DNA of 63,027 bases, counting the filler, from Octopus bimaculoides (lineage: Eukaryota): assembly GCF_001194135.2 (NCBI RefSeq). It is 3 parts of 3 records of this genome, joined end to end, with 100 filler letters (N's around TTAATTAATTAA, not from the genome) between each part and the next. Parts side by side here need not be neighbours in the genome. Positions count along the whole stretch, not along the records: positions 1 to 30,337 come from NC_068986.1; 2 more parts are not named here. One strand, given 5' to 3'. Made by a program: the position numbers and the translations under genes. This document shows, piece after piece, positions 14,903-28,462 of the stretch (positions within the stretch are counted from its first letter, which is position 1; every line of letters begins with the position of its first letter). The notes beneath the pieces are model-generated. The model was not told the origin of the DNA, made no database searches, and saw only the letters and a program-made list of their open reading frames with translations.

Positions 14903-15128
14903 TTTATCTATCAATTAAAGTAATGGTTCTCATCAGTCCAAAAATGTTTCTACGTCCGTTCGTTTTGGCGATGACGATTTTCAGAAGGATGTCAAAGAGT
15001 TTTCATTGCCCCACCCACCAATTTTAGAGAATGCAAGCGCATCCCCTGCACCCCCTGTTATCTAATTTATGCCAAACGATATATCATTATGCACGCCAGA
15101 CTATAAGTCATTTATACTAAAGAAACTA

Positions 15129-15686
15129 CAGTGATACCTCACTTTACGAGGACCGGCTTTACGAGACCGCGGCTTTACGAGTTTATTTTTAAGCACAAGA
15201 TCCAAATTTTGAACGAAATGCAAAAGTTTCTACTACCGTAACAAATGCTTCTGCATGTTACCGAAAAAATTTATAAAGAGTGAAAAAAGGCTTCTTCTAA
15301 CCAAACAACTCTAGACTTGTTTTATAAAAAGAAATCTATAAGTCCGTCTACAAGTGCTTGTGAATCGGGCGATGGCATCTACTAGTGATGGTGTGCAAGA
15401 GTCTAGTGCGAGTGTAAGTGATTCGAAAAACGATTATAATAATATTTTCTATTATAAATGATGTTGACATTCTTTTCACTTTACATATAATATTATTTAC
15501 ATTCTACTGTTGTTTTATTGCCATCTATTTACGAGTACTATACATTTTATAAGGTAAAATATTTTTATGGGAACGAATTACCTTTTATAACATTGCTACT
15601 ATGGGAAATTATTGCTCTGCTTTAGGATCTTTCACTTTAATAGTGGTCTCCAGGAATAAATTGATTCGTACATCGAAGCATTAATG
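15129..15686. mobile_element. Non-autonomous Tigger/pogo-like DNA transposon
   Basis: TA|CAGTGATACCTCACTTTACGA ... TCGTACATCGAAGCATTAATG|TA: degenerate 21-bp TIRs with TA flanks. Confidence 0.65.
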
Positions 15687-15780
15687 TATTCTCCACTAAT
15701 ACACACAAAACTATACTACACAATACATACCAAACTAAACGCCACTATATATATCAAACTCTATTTCACTGTAAAATGAA

Positions 15781-15960
15781 GAAGCCTCTACATGCTGATT
15801 CTATCTGCTAGAAATAGCAGCTAAACTTCTCTTATTAGGAAATGATTTTACACACCGCTGGTCTAGCGACATTTTTTTCTGTAAAAATATTGGATAGCTA
15901 CGGCTGAAATGCTTTTGATCATTAGCCAGTTCCAGTAGGCTGACCTGGAGTTCAACAACA
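15781..15960 (+). mobile_element. Old repeat family E
   Basis: CTGCTAGAAATAGCAGCTAAA ... GGCTGACCTGGAGTTCAACAACA. Confidence 0.6.
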
Positions 15961-18092
15961 AAGGCAACTTTTTACAGCAAACAATATGTTGTAAACAACG
16001 TGACTATTTACGTCACAACAAATACTATACAGTTCTCTGCCTATCAGGAGGTTATCTGTCTATTCTTACTTCTACAGCTACCAACTTCTTAATAGTCGAA
16101 CAACAAAAATTGTCATGTGACTTACTTATCCACAAATTGATCGTCGGCTTGGCTGTTGTTCTTCTTGTTTGTGAACCATTATTAGTCTTGTTCTAGCAGG
16201 CGTATGATCGCGTGGTGTTCCAGCCGTGAGCATCATTACGTTCCGTGTATCACCGACTACATTGTCAAATATGTCCTTTTTCCTTTTTTCCTTAGGTGAG
16301 ATTGACGGGACTGCTATTTCTAACATATCGAGTAACGGCATAAAGGTTCATTCGTTGGTTTGTTCTAAAGAAGCTACCAAACTGAAGAAGTATGGTCAAG
16401 AGCCGGATACCTATTAACTGGTGTTATGCCTCTGTTTTTGGGAAACACTTGAGGCCAGAGAGGAATGTTACACGTAGTTAGGACATAAAGATGTGACCCA
16501 AGGTCAGAGAGATGGTATAGTAAAGACACATTGGTGTCATCTTTGGCTGCATAATTCAGTACACTGAAGACATAGAGATGTGACATGTGGCTAGATATAC
16601 TGTATACTTAGGACATGTTGCAACGTGTGATCAGAATATTTATGTCGTCACATATAGATATTACTTTCTTATTTTGTCCACACAGCGGTGTGGAGAAAGG
16701 ATTCGTGTGGTTGCGATATGAAAGCTACTTTCTTAATACGGTACGAGAAAGAGAGAGAGTTGGGGAAGAAATCGATTTCAGTACTTTTTTATTGACTCCA
16801 AAAGGAGGAAAAATAAAGTTGAACAAAAGACTATAAGAAATCGAGATGCTTAAGACGACTCGCCAGTTCACTGCCTTGTTTAGAGAGCCATGGTACATTA
16901 GAACGAACTTTCACTTCTTACCATTATTCTAGGTGAAAATTATTTCTCTCCCAGTATCGTTAAGTGTCCATGCTAAGGAAATTTAATTCTTACTGCTTCA
17001 TCATACGTTATTGTAACATGCATCATGTGTAGATGCTGCTAGCAATTGATTAAATCGTTAACTAATTGACAAATGAAGACGTAACACAACCAGTGCGTGT
17101 GTTTGTTATTGGCATAATGACCTTCCCGCTATATAACAGAATATGTTTGAGCATACGAGTTTTACATCTAGTACTTTGCAAACCATATACTTTTTTTTCC
17201 ATGTCTTTGAAATACAAAACAAAAGAATTACGACTTAACACTCTACACAAACGAGCCTCTAATTATGCGGCTCCGTCTCGGCTCGCAGTTCTGAACGGTA
17301 TTCTCACATGGTTCATACTTACGGCCAGCTGTACGGAGTCAACATGAGTTAATTGCCTTGATCCTGAACACAGCTCGAACCTTAAATTTCACAATCAAAT
17401 GCTCTCGATACACGGCACAGCAAGCAGTTCATCAATATCTGATACTGAATACAGCACACGCCACGTTTAAAGAAACTATCAAATTGTCTCGCAACAATTT
17501 TCAGGTAAGAAAACGTGAATTATTTACACGTGACAACTGAATGTATTTGTGTATAATCACTGCTGAAAATAGCTGCTTAAGGTATTCAATTATCATTTTG
17601 AAAAGTTCTTGCTTTTCTCAAAACATTAATAGTGGGGTTATTTTGAAGTGCTACCTTGTATGATTTTGAAACTCAATTGATAATTCAGCGATTCTATCAA
17701 ATATCAACCTGTCTTTTGATCTGTTGTTTTATTTTGTTCTTTACTTTTGATTCTTTATTGCTCACTTGACCATTAAATCGGACCGGTAAATCTTAATCTC
17801 TACCATTTTGTTTTATTGTGAGTTGGTATTAGGAAATATTTGCTATTTATTCTTTGACTGTTGAAGAAAATATCAACTCATGACATTTTCAACCAGTTTG
17901 CCAACATTTCCAGAAGGATTTAGATATTGACAAAGAAGTGATATAGAGACAGAGACCAATTGTCTACTGGAGCTATAAACGGAGGCACGACACTAAAGGA
18001 GTGGATAACACTGACAAGATTTTTTAACCTTTTCACATTTACTAGAAATAGCAAAAGACTCCTTGCTCTATAATCAAAGCCATTCCGCACTG

Positions 18093-18104
18093 ATGGTAGT
18101 AGTT

Positions 18105-18160
<56 letters not shown>

Positions 18161-18221
18161 TGTGGTGGTGGTGGTGGTGGCGGTGGGAGCTGATGGTTGC
18201 AGTTGCGCAGCAGCTGCGGCG

Positions 18222-18288
<67 letters not shown>

Positions 18289-18325
18289 CAGCAGCAGCAG
18301 CATTAGCAGCTGCAACAGCAGCAAC

Positions 18326-18411
<86 letters not shown>

Positions 18412-18519
18412 CAGCAGCAGTCGTACTAGTAGTAGTGGTTGTAGCAGCAGCAGCATTAGCAGCTGCAAAAGCAGCAACAGTAAGATTATTGTCATTATTA
18501 TTATTATTATTATTATTAT

Positions 18520-18583
<64 letters not shown>

Positions 18584-18585
18584 TA
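18093..18585. repeat. Compound trinucleotide field (GTA)n/(GTG)n/(GCA)n/(TTA)n
   Basis: Direct reading; accounts for the poly-L, poly-V and poly-S ORFs. Confidence 0.95.
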
Positions 18586-19102
18586 GTGGTGTTCGAAGAC
18601 ATCAGTTACAACCACGTATCACACGTATATTACTTAGTTGATATTCAAAGGAAAAAAACATAGACAGAGAAGACATTCCAGATCGCTGCAGCTCTGGGAA
18701 AGAATCATTTAGTGTAAGCTATTATATGACGGTAATGTGACTGCTTTGAGTGATTTTAGGCAGAAGCAATACACAATTACTTGCTTATGTGAACAAATGT
18801 TGTTACCGGCTCAATTCAAGAGACTTATAGAAAAATAAATGTATCCACTGACGTAGTCTTTGTCATTTACCTGGACAGCTACGGCAATCTTGAAAGTGTG
18901 CGTGTCTTTGCGTGTTTGTGCGTTTTGTATGTTTCTGTGTAGTAGCTATAATACCCCATATATGTTAGTAGTACTCTAATATGTTCCGTTCTTGAACTTT
19001 GTCGAGAGTAAAGGACTAATATATATTTTTGTTTTTCATCTAAAAATTTTGAATTCTTATCTTTGGGATAAGTTTTGGCAGTCATTATACATATAACAAT
19101 CA

Positions 19103-19136
<34 letters not shown>

Positions 19137-19691
19137 NNNNNNNNNNNNNNNNNNNNNNNNNNNNNNNNNNNNNNNNNNNNNNNNNNNNNNNNNNNNNNNN
19201 NNNNNNNNNNNNNNNNNNNNNNNNNNNNNNNNNNNNNNNNNNNNNNNNNNNNNNNNNNNNNNNNNNNNNNNNNNNNNNNNNNNNNNNNNNNNNNNNNNNN
19301 NNNNNNNNNNNNNNNNNNNNNNNNNNNNNNNNNNNNNNNNNNNNNNNNNNNNNNNNNNNNNNNNNNNNNNNNNNNNNNNNNNNNNNNNNNNNNNNNNNNN
19401 NNNNNNNNNNNNNNNNNNNNNNNNNNNNNNNNNNNNNNNNNNNNNNNNNNNNNNNNNNNNNNNNNNNNNNNNNNNNNNNNNNNNNNNNNNNNNNNNNNNN
19501 NNNNNNNNNNNNNNNNNNNNNNNNNNNNNNNNNNNNNNNNNNNNNNNNNNNNNNNNNNNNNNNNNNNNNNNNNNNNNNNNNNNNNNNNNNNNNNNNNNNN
19601 NNNNNNNNNNNNNNNNNNNNNNNNNNNNNNNNNNNNNNNNNNNNNNNNNNNNNNNNNNNNNNNNNNNNNNNNNNNNNNNNNNNNNTATATG

Positions 19692-19730
<39 letters not shown>

Positions 19731-19955
19731 GTATATATGTATGTATGGAAAATGTTTCTAAGGCTTTCATTCATGGAAACTATTTAGATATTTGGTTTCC
19801 AACAGCTTTCATGAATAAAAGCCTTGCAAGCATCTTGTATATACGTGGTCAGTATTTAAGTATATTTTCACTATTAACAATTTCAGTCAACTTTATACTA
19901 ACCATTATAATTATCATTATACTGATCATTATAACCAACATCTATTGAGCTAATG

Positions 19956-20134
19956 AAGGAACCCCCATATAGTAGGCTACAAGAATTAGAAGCCAGATTT
20001 TCTTTAAATCACACCCTATGATCTTAAAGAAGGACACATTGGATAATGTATTCTTAGATATTTGGTGGTTCTGACTGGAACGCCTTTGATCATAGGCCTG
20101 TTCGATGAGAGCTGACTTGGGGCTAAACAGCAAC
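19956..20134 (+). mobile_element. Old repeat family E
   Basis: AAATCACACCCTA..GGAACGCCTTTGATCATAGGCCTGTTCGATGAGAGCTGACTTGGGGCTAAACAGCAAC. Confidence 0.65.
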
Positions 20135-20733
20135 GGAAGGTTATAGTTCACCCAATATTAATCTTGAGGGTCACCAATGATTTAAATAACTCTATGTACA
20201 CAAAATAACTTCTACTGAATTTCGGTACCATATTACTAATTTCATTTTTCATACAACCTGTAGCATTCTCATCATGTGACATTTTGAACACATCCAGAAT
20301 GTTGAAATAAATTTCAAGAAATGCAAAGTACAAACCGTGTTATCTAATCCTTTGGCGTCTGATTCTGTTCAATAGATGGAATGATGGTAGTCATGGGCTG
20401 TAAAATAAAAAGATATACTATCAATAATATTGAAAAATCGAACGTTTTCCATTATTTTCTATCATTTCGTGAGTCTGCTATTTTCGTGACTTCCAAATGG
20501 CATCTTGCATGAATTTAATATTTGAAATACAAACTATCACTTAGTAAGACGGATCTCCTGCTAGTCATCCGTCGTTGGATCACCAATATACATTTTGTCT
20601 TCATGTAGAGATTTAAAGACGGATACATAACGGATACAGCCGGTATTTTGTTGTCAGGAGAGTTGACAGTATAGTAAGATAGGGATAGCGGGAATAATTA
20701 CCTCAAATGACATCGTAACTTATTTTATTGGGT

Positions 20734-21181
<448 letters not shown>

Positions 21182-21662
21182 ATAGTTGATTTCAGTCGGA
21201 TTTAAACACACGGAAGCCAGAAACGAAACAAGGCCCGAACGCTAAAAAACAAACTTCGCTAATGGTACCCTCGGATCAAGTGGCAGTGTTAAGCCAGGTG
21301 AAGTATCTAGTCTGTCAACTGAAGGAGCATTTTACAATGAGAGTTGAGCCAACTGTTTTTTTTTTCAATTTGTTACTGTTTCTTGCCCTATTCATCTCAA
21401 CACCAGCATCAGCACCACCATCACCACCACCACCAACAACAACAACACCAACACCACCACCACCACTACCATCAACAACACTAGTACTTTTACACAAACT
21501 ACAAAGGCGAGATTTTGAACTAGAAAGTGAGATCAACGAAATACTGCAATACGTATTTGGTTTAATTCGTTGCTATTCTAATCACCAGCTTCAGTACATT
21601 CAATCAATATGGAGGCCATTTGATGTAGTTAAGTTTGATCAGTGACAGCTTCTGTCTGTAAT

Positions 21663-21716
<54 letters not shown>

Positions 21717-21905
21717 AGCAGCAGTAGCAGCAGCAGCAGCATCAACGTTGTCGTCGTCATCATCATTATCATCATCGCCATCGTATGTATATACATTCCT
21801 AAACTATATTCAGTCCTAAAATGTGTATGCATGTATGCATGCATGTGTGTATGCATGTATGCATGCATGTATTCACACACACACACACATATGTTTGTAT
21901 GCAGG

Positions 21906-21937
<32 letters not shown>

Positions 21938-22615
21938 GGTATATATATATCTCCTCCTCTCACTTGAAGTTTGTACCAATTATCCTGAAGTGATTGGTCC
22001 ATCCTTTCTGAGAGCGGGGATGATTGCAAGAAATCATGAACGTTATCTGATGTTCCTTTCAGGATTTATTATGTTTCATTCCTTTCCAGAATTCAAGCCA
22101 ATCTGCTAACAAATTGGCAAGGCATTTTTCATTAAGCGAAGACAGCTCTTGGAATTTGTGAACATCTAAAACTATTGATGTATGCATATATGTGTGTATG
22201 TTGTGCATAAATGGACGCATGCGGATAAACTTGCACTCGTGCAGTACATGTGCGTATCACTTTAGTATGTGTGCTCCATTACTGCTTATGTGTGTGTATA
22301 TGAATATGTTCCATAGGTGATTGTGTGCATGTGTTCCACAAGGCGGGCTCAAATGAAGATTCTCTGAAATGCTTGACTGTAACTTTTGTTCTACTTTTAA
22401 TGGATTATATTTGAAGAACTCTAATCTGCCTGCTCTGTTCATTTTTTTTTTTTTTTGAGAATTTCTGAGCATTTCTAGATTTTTATGCTGATTCGTTGTT
22501 ACTTAGCCCAGTGTATCCATGACAATAATAACAAATGAAAATCTAGTACTAAAAGAACTATGCAACACATATTTGCCTAGCGTATATTGCTGATTTGTTT
22601 GCTTATGTCGAACAG

Positions 22616-22771
22616 GTTCGTGCAGGACGGACCATTCCTCCGAACGAGTTTATGTAAATGTCGATCCATTGTTTCTTCTTTTGCAAAGAATTGCGAGTAA
22701 TATACCTCAGTCTAATGGCTACAACAAAGGAAGTTGCATGGTGGATGCGGTTGAAAAGTTTGAAAATAGAG
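22616..22771 (+). CDS. Candidate internal coding exon of an unidentified gene
   Basis: ACAG|G acceptor and AG|GTATAT donor; 156 nt, phase 1-1, open as SCRTDHSSERVYVNVDPLFLLLQRIASNIPQSNGYNKGSCMVDAVEKFENR. No homology recognised and no partner exons found. Confidence 0.3.
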
Positions 22772-23812
22772 GTATATGGAGGAATTTTAATTAAACAATA
22801 TAGAACAGAAATATTTAATGATATAAATTCCTCCCTTATGCAGCGGTTAACTAGAACTAAGTTTTCTAAAAGTAGCGTCAGAGGAACCCCAAGATGTGAA
22901 ACCGCCAAAAATTTCACGAATTAAGGTGTTTTTCTCTATCAAGATTTAATAAAAAGTTTTTCAGGAAAAAAAAAACGCTCTTCGACATTTTCATAAACTA
23001 TTTTGTGTTTTATATGTAATTTTATCTTTCTAAACCAATTTTAATTTAATTTAATATATGATTAAAGTTAGTGTGGTGAAGTATATAGGTTAGGAGCTCT
23101 TAATACAGGTTTAGGAGCTCTTTTGAACTAGGGTACCTAGTTATTAGAGGTGCATGGCTTGACGCATTTCCTAACGTCTATTTACGGCTACAGTGGTGTA
23201 TATTGTTATGAGCGATTCAGCACACAGATGACAAAATACAAAACATAAGCCTTTAAGTCGGTATATCGATACAGTTTGATTTCCCAACATATAACTTGAT
23301 TTTACAATTCCACCTCCAAAATACACCTAGTTGCTGAATAATATAATTCACTGCCTAAACTATAATATCAAACCCTAAAATAGAAACCCGCTCTCTTGTG
23401 AAGATATTTATTTACTGGGAAACAATAAGTTCCACGCTATAGAGAATAAAAGGCCTCTGAGGATTTCGTGTCAGAGTAAATTAATATGACGTACACAAGA
23501 GAAAACTAGAATATAATAGAACCATAGAAACCACTTTAAACTTTTTGAAGCTGGCGTGTAACTGTTCTTGTACTCGGCACACAGCCATCTTATATATCAA
23601 ACTTTCATGCGTGAAGCTGGGCTGTTTATTCAATGATATATTATAATTCACACCAGAGACCAAAAGGCATCAATAAGATATTGTTATTTTTTTTTAAATA
23701 CTATAAAGGAAATACTATAGTACTATTCACTTTTAAGCTATAGTTACGAACAGAATGTATTCTATGTGGTACTAATTTTGCCCAATACAATCTAATGATA
23801 AATATAGGGCAC

Positions 23813-23874
23813 ACACATACGCACACGCACACACACACACACGCACACATAAACATAATACACACACACACACG

Positions 23875-23943
<69 letters not shown>

Positions 23944-24012
23944 GGAGAGAGAAATAGACAGACAGATAGACAAATAAACAGACAGATAGATAGATAGATA
24001 GATAGATAGATT

Positions 24013-24089
<77 letters not shown>

Positions 24090-24090
24090 A
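23813..24090. repeat. (CA)n(TA)n(GATA)n compound microsatellite
   Basis: Direct reading. Confidence 0.95.
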
Positions 24091-24124
24091 TTGTGTACAT
24101 TTATACACATAAATTATAAACTAT

Positions 24125-24573
24125 AGGTGCAGGAATGGCAGTGTGGTAGATAGCTTCCTTCCCAACCACATAGTTCCGGGTTCAGGCCCGCTGCGTGGCA
24201 CCTTGGGCAAGTGTCTTCTGCTATAGCCTCGGGCCGACCAAAGCCTTGTCAGTGGATCTGGTAGACGGAAACTGAAAGAAGCCTATCGTATATATATATA
24301 TATATATANNNNNNNNNNNNNNNNNNNNNNNNNNNNNNNNTATATATGGGGGGGGGTATGCTTAAGTGTCTGTGTCTGTCCCTCCCCTACCATCGCTTAA
24401 CAACCGATGTTGGTCCCCGAAACTTAGCGGATCAACAAAAGATATCGATAGAATAAGTACTAGGCTTACAAAGAATAAGTCCTGGAGTCGATTCGTTCGA
24501 CTAAATGCGGTGCTCCAGCATGGCTGCAGTCAAATGACTGAAAGGAATAAAAAAATAATGTAAAAGAATAAAT
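24125..24573 (+). mobile_element. SINE family A, full length with a small internal N gap
   Basis: Complete head (CTGCGTGGCACCTTGGGCAAGTGTCTTC..GGTAGACGGAAACTGAAAGAAGCC) and tail. Confidence 0.9.
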
Positions 24574-24732
24574 ACTGATTAAATAACATGTCTTCGTCTG
24601 TGTTGAATATAATAAAATTCAGTCAAGTTGAAATCGAGTTATGGAGTTATCAAGTTTATTCACAGTCTTTTCGGGTTTTAAACGCATTCTACCACAATAT
24701 AATCACCAAAATGTGAGTTATTGGTTGTTTTA

Positions 24733-24942
24733 GTTGTTATTACTTAGTCCCAGGTCAGCACTAATCAAGTAGATTTATGCTCAAAAATATTCCAACAGAA
24801 ACAATCTCGCCTCTTTAGCTATGTAAAGAACAACAAAGCCTGGGAAGCCTGGGTGTTCTTTCTTTCTTTTCAGACGGTAAGATGTTATTTAAGAAAGATT
24901 TAGCAACTATTTCTAGCAGGTCAGCTGATCATGTAGTGGTTG
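24733..24942 (-). mobile_element. Old repeat family E
   Basis: CCCAGGTCAGCACTAATCAAG ... CTATTTCTAGCAGGTCAG. Confidence 0.6.
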
Positions 24943-26009
24943 CATCATTAGCTTTTAAAGCCACTCCTGCGCCTATGTCAAAGGTTCGTTTTCCTCTTCG
25001 CATTCAGAAAACCTCTGAGTAATTCTTACATATTTGGGGTGGAGAAGCTACTATATCACGCAACCATCTTCGACACATTTCGTCAATAGAACAATGTTAT
25101 CCTACTGATTGTTCCTAACACACTACAATTACTACAGCGGTTTTACTCCCTGCGTCTTTTCTTACTATTACTGTTCTTTCAAAAAGCTTTATATCAACTC
25201 CTTCTCTGTCTGTCTCTGCCTCTCCTCTTACTCTCTTTCTTTCTTCCTCTTTCTCTCTCTCTCTTTTCTCTCCCTCTATTTTTCTCTTTCACTCTACACT
25301 CACGCATACAACCCAACACTCACTTGTCCATCTCTCGTGATTCCATCCACTTCCATCTTGTCTCAACATTTCGTCTAAACATTTATCACAAGAAGTACGT
25401 ATTTCTACTTCCCTTAGCTACTTCTTTCTTTGTTGCTACCAACTCTACACCTACAATATGGAGGTCAACCACATCAATAATGACAAATCTAAGGAGTTGT
25501 ACAAAATCTTTTGTCACTGTTCAAAAGAAGTACAAAATACTACTTATAATATTGGACAACAAAGATTTTGCTACTGGAGTAAAAGCAAGTTTTAGACTAA
25601 ATCGTGAATGCTGATTCCGAACCCGCACTCAGAATTGTTCTAGTACATCAGGCTTTTGAGTTATATGCATGCGCAACATTATCACTGTACTTTCGGCTAG
25701 ATTTAGGCCGTATAATAAAATTTGTTAAAATGAAAGCGGTCTTAATTCAAAATTAAAATAATAACAGCAATAAAACAAACGATGAGAAAGTTCATTCTTT
25801 AGTTTAGCAATAGCTGGCGCTGACGTATTGTGTGCAAGCGCCAAATGCGTTAGTTTGTTCTTGGTAACTCTCAGTGTCGTCTGCGCTGTCGTCACGTGTA
25901 GTATGTGTATCTCATGTTCTGCGTGATTGCTGTTTTAACTGCGGAAACAAAAAATGTAAGCAGCTATAAGCAGTGTACTGGTGCCATGAGAAATGTTTGC
26001 ATATTATGA

Positions 26010-26160
26010 CCGTCTGTCTTTACGTTCTGAGTTCAAATTCTTCCGAGGTCGACTTTACCTTTCGTCCTTTCGGGGTCGATAAATTAAGTACCAGTTGCGT
26101 ACTGGAGTCGATCTAATCAACTGGCTCTCTCCCCACAAAAATTTCAGGCCTAGAAAAGTA
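26010..26160 (+). mobile_element. SINE family D
   Basis: TTACGTTCTGAGTTCAAATTC..GAGGTCGACTTTACCTTTCGTCCTTTCGGGGTCGATAAATTAAGTACCAG. Confidence 0.8.
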
Positions 26161-26330
26161 TATTGTGAAAATTACAGAATATAGAAACAAGTGTAAAACT
26201 AATAGCTGTATAATCCAACTAAAATATCTCAGTTACACAAACGTAAACAGAATTACTATTTAACCTTAAAATACATCGAACATATTCAAAGAACCTTCTT
26301 GGTTTAGTGGTACGGAACGTTTTTTCTGGT

Positions 26331-26530
26331 ATTCTTTTATTCTTTTACTTGTTTCAGTCATTTGACGGTGGTCATGCTGGAGCACCACCCTCTAGTCGAA
26401 GAAATTGACCCCAGGATTTATTCCCTGTAAGCCTTGTGCTTACAGGGAATAAGCTAAATTACAGAGACGCAAACGCACCAACGTCGGTTGTCAAGCAATG
26501 GTGATGGTGGGACAAACACAGACACAGACA
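26331..26530 (-). mobile_element. SINE family A, 3' half with an internal fold-back
   Basis: TTTTACTTGTTTCAGTCATTTGAC..CATGCTGGAGCACC; internal hairpin at 26418-26452. Confidence 0.85.
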
Positions 26531-27729
26531 CATACATACATACATACATACATACATACATACATGCATACATACATACATACATACATACATACATACA
26601 TGCATATGATGTGCTTGGAGGTAGTAGTGATGCTGGCTGGTGCGATTATGTGGTTTGCTTGTATGCCGAGAGAGATCCAGCGGGACCCTAACTGGTTCCC
26701 CGATCTTAAAGGTGTAATGTGGATGTGTAATGATGGAGTGGGTGGAGTGGTGGTGATGCTATCTGGTGCGGTGGTCTTCCTCACAATACTTCATGGTAGA
26801 CAATATTTTGTGTGTATGTCACACCACGTTTTTGGCCTTGTCTGTTATCCCAATTGAGTGCCATAACTCCTTGATATTGTTCATAGCTTGTGCTCTTGAA
26901 AATGTAATATATAATTGGCCATGAGAAAATATCGGTTGAGGCAAATGTATTCCAACTTTTTCAAATGTTTGCCCTTGAGCCTTATTAATTGTCATCGAAT
27001 ATGCAAGTCGAAGTGGAAACTGAAGTCTGTTTAGTGTGAATAAAATATTTGCATCACTTGGGCTAAGTTTAATTCTGGGAAATTCTTTTACATTTNNNNN
27101 NNNNNNNNNNNNNNNNNNNNNNNNNNNNNNNNNNNNNNNNNNNNNNNNNNNNNNNNNNNNNNNNNNNNNNNNNNNNNNNNNNNNNNNNNNNNNNNNNNNN
27201 NNNNNNNNNNNNNNNNNNNNNNNNNNNNNNNNNNNNNNNNNNNNNNNNNNNNNNNNNNNNNNNNNNNNNNNNNNNNNNNNNNNNNNNNNNNNNNNNNNNN
27301 NNNNNNNNNNNNNNNNNNNNNNNNNNNNNNNNNNNNNNNNNNNNNNNNNNNNNNNNNNNNNNNNNNNNNNNNNNNNNNNNNNNNNNNNNNNNNNNNNNNN
27401 NNNNNNNNNNNNNNNNNNNNNNNNNNNNNNNNNNNNNNNNNNNNNNNNNNNNNNNNNNNNNNNNNNNNNNNNNNNNNNNNNNNNNNNNNNNNNNNNNNNN
27501 NNNNNNNNNNNNNGTACTCAGCTATTTGAGAGTTAATTTTATTCTCGTGTGATAATGAAAAATTAAATTGACAACCAATATTTGCTGTGTCTATATATCT
27601 ATGTATGAATTGTCTCTCTTACTTTCTCTCTTTCTCCTTCACATCCTTTGTGTTTCTCTTCTCTGTCGCTTTTGATTAAACAATGTGTGTATCTATGTAT
27701 CTATGTATCTACTTCTCTTGCGATGTGAT

Positions 27730-28070
27730 AAACATTTAAAACACAAAATGAACGCCGTCACCACTCACTGTCTCTTTCACTGTCTCGTTTTCTCTTTCTC
27801 TTTCCCTTTGTCTCGTCCCCTTTCTTTCTTTCTTACGTTCTCTCTGAAACATTTAAAAACGCAAAACGAGCGCCGTCACCACTCACTGTCTCTTTCATTC
27901 TCTCTCTCATTCTCTCTCACTCTCTCACTTTCTCCCTCACTCTCTTTCTCTTTAACTTCCACTCAGAAACATTTAAAAGCACAAAACGAACGCCGTCACC
28001 ACTGATGTCTCTTTCACTCTCTCTCCCTGTCACTCTCTCACTTTTTCTCTCACTCTCTCTTTCTCTCATT
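27730..28070. repeat. Three tandem ~118-bp units
   Basis: AAACATTTAAAA..CAAAA.GA.CGCCGTCACCACT..GTCTCTTTCA starts at ~27730, 27846 and 27966, each followed by a CT-rich tract. Confidence 0.85.
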
Positions 28071-28112
28071 AGATGCTATATATGTATATTATTGGATTTA
28101 AATAGATCTTTA

Positions 28113-28462
28113 CAGTTGTTTCAAAAAATCGGTGAATATTTGATATTATAATGAATGTTACACAAACAAGTGTACATAATAAGGCAGTATTACATAAAGC
28201 ATATAAGCAAAAATATCATCAACTAGCATGATACTTGATACATGAATATCTTCATGTGATATCTCACAAACATTTGCCTGATATCCATCGGAAAAGAATG
28301 TTCGGGATCCACCACAGGAAGGTACTCACTCACTGATTAAGAGTCATGCAAGTTTATAATATTTTCGAAAATATGCTTTTCATAAGACTTCCACATTATG
28401 TAGACCTGTTTGCATAATATGCATTATAAAATCAATCATTCACCGAATTTTTTAAACAGCTG
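28113..28462. mobile_element. Tc1/mariner-type MITE
   Basis: TA|CAGTTGTTTCAAAAAATCGGTGAAT ... ATTCACCGAATTTTTTAAACAGCTG|TA: ~25-bp TIRs with few mismatches and TA flanks. Confidence 0.8.

Noticed and set aside
17374-17504. Strong donor CAG|GTAAGA with an upstream open frame
   Set aside because: There is no convincing acceptor and phase combination linking it to other exons, and the peptide is not recognisable.
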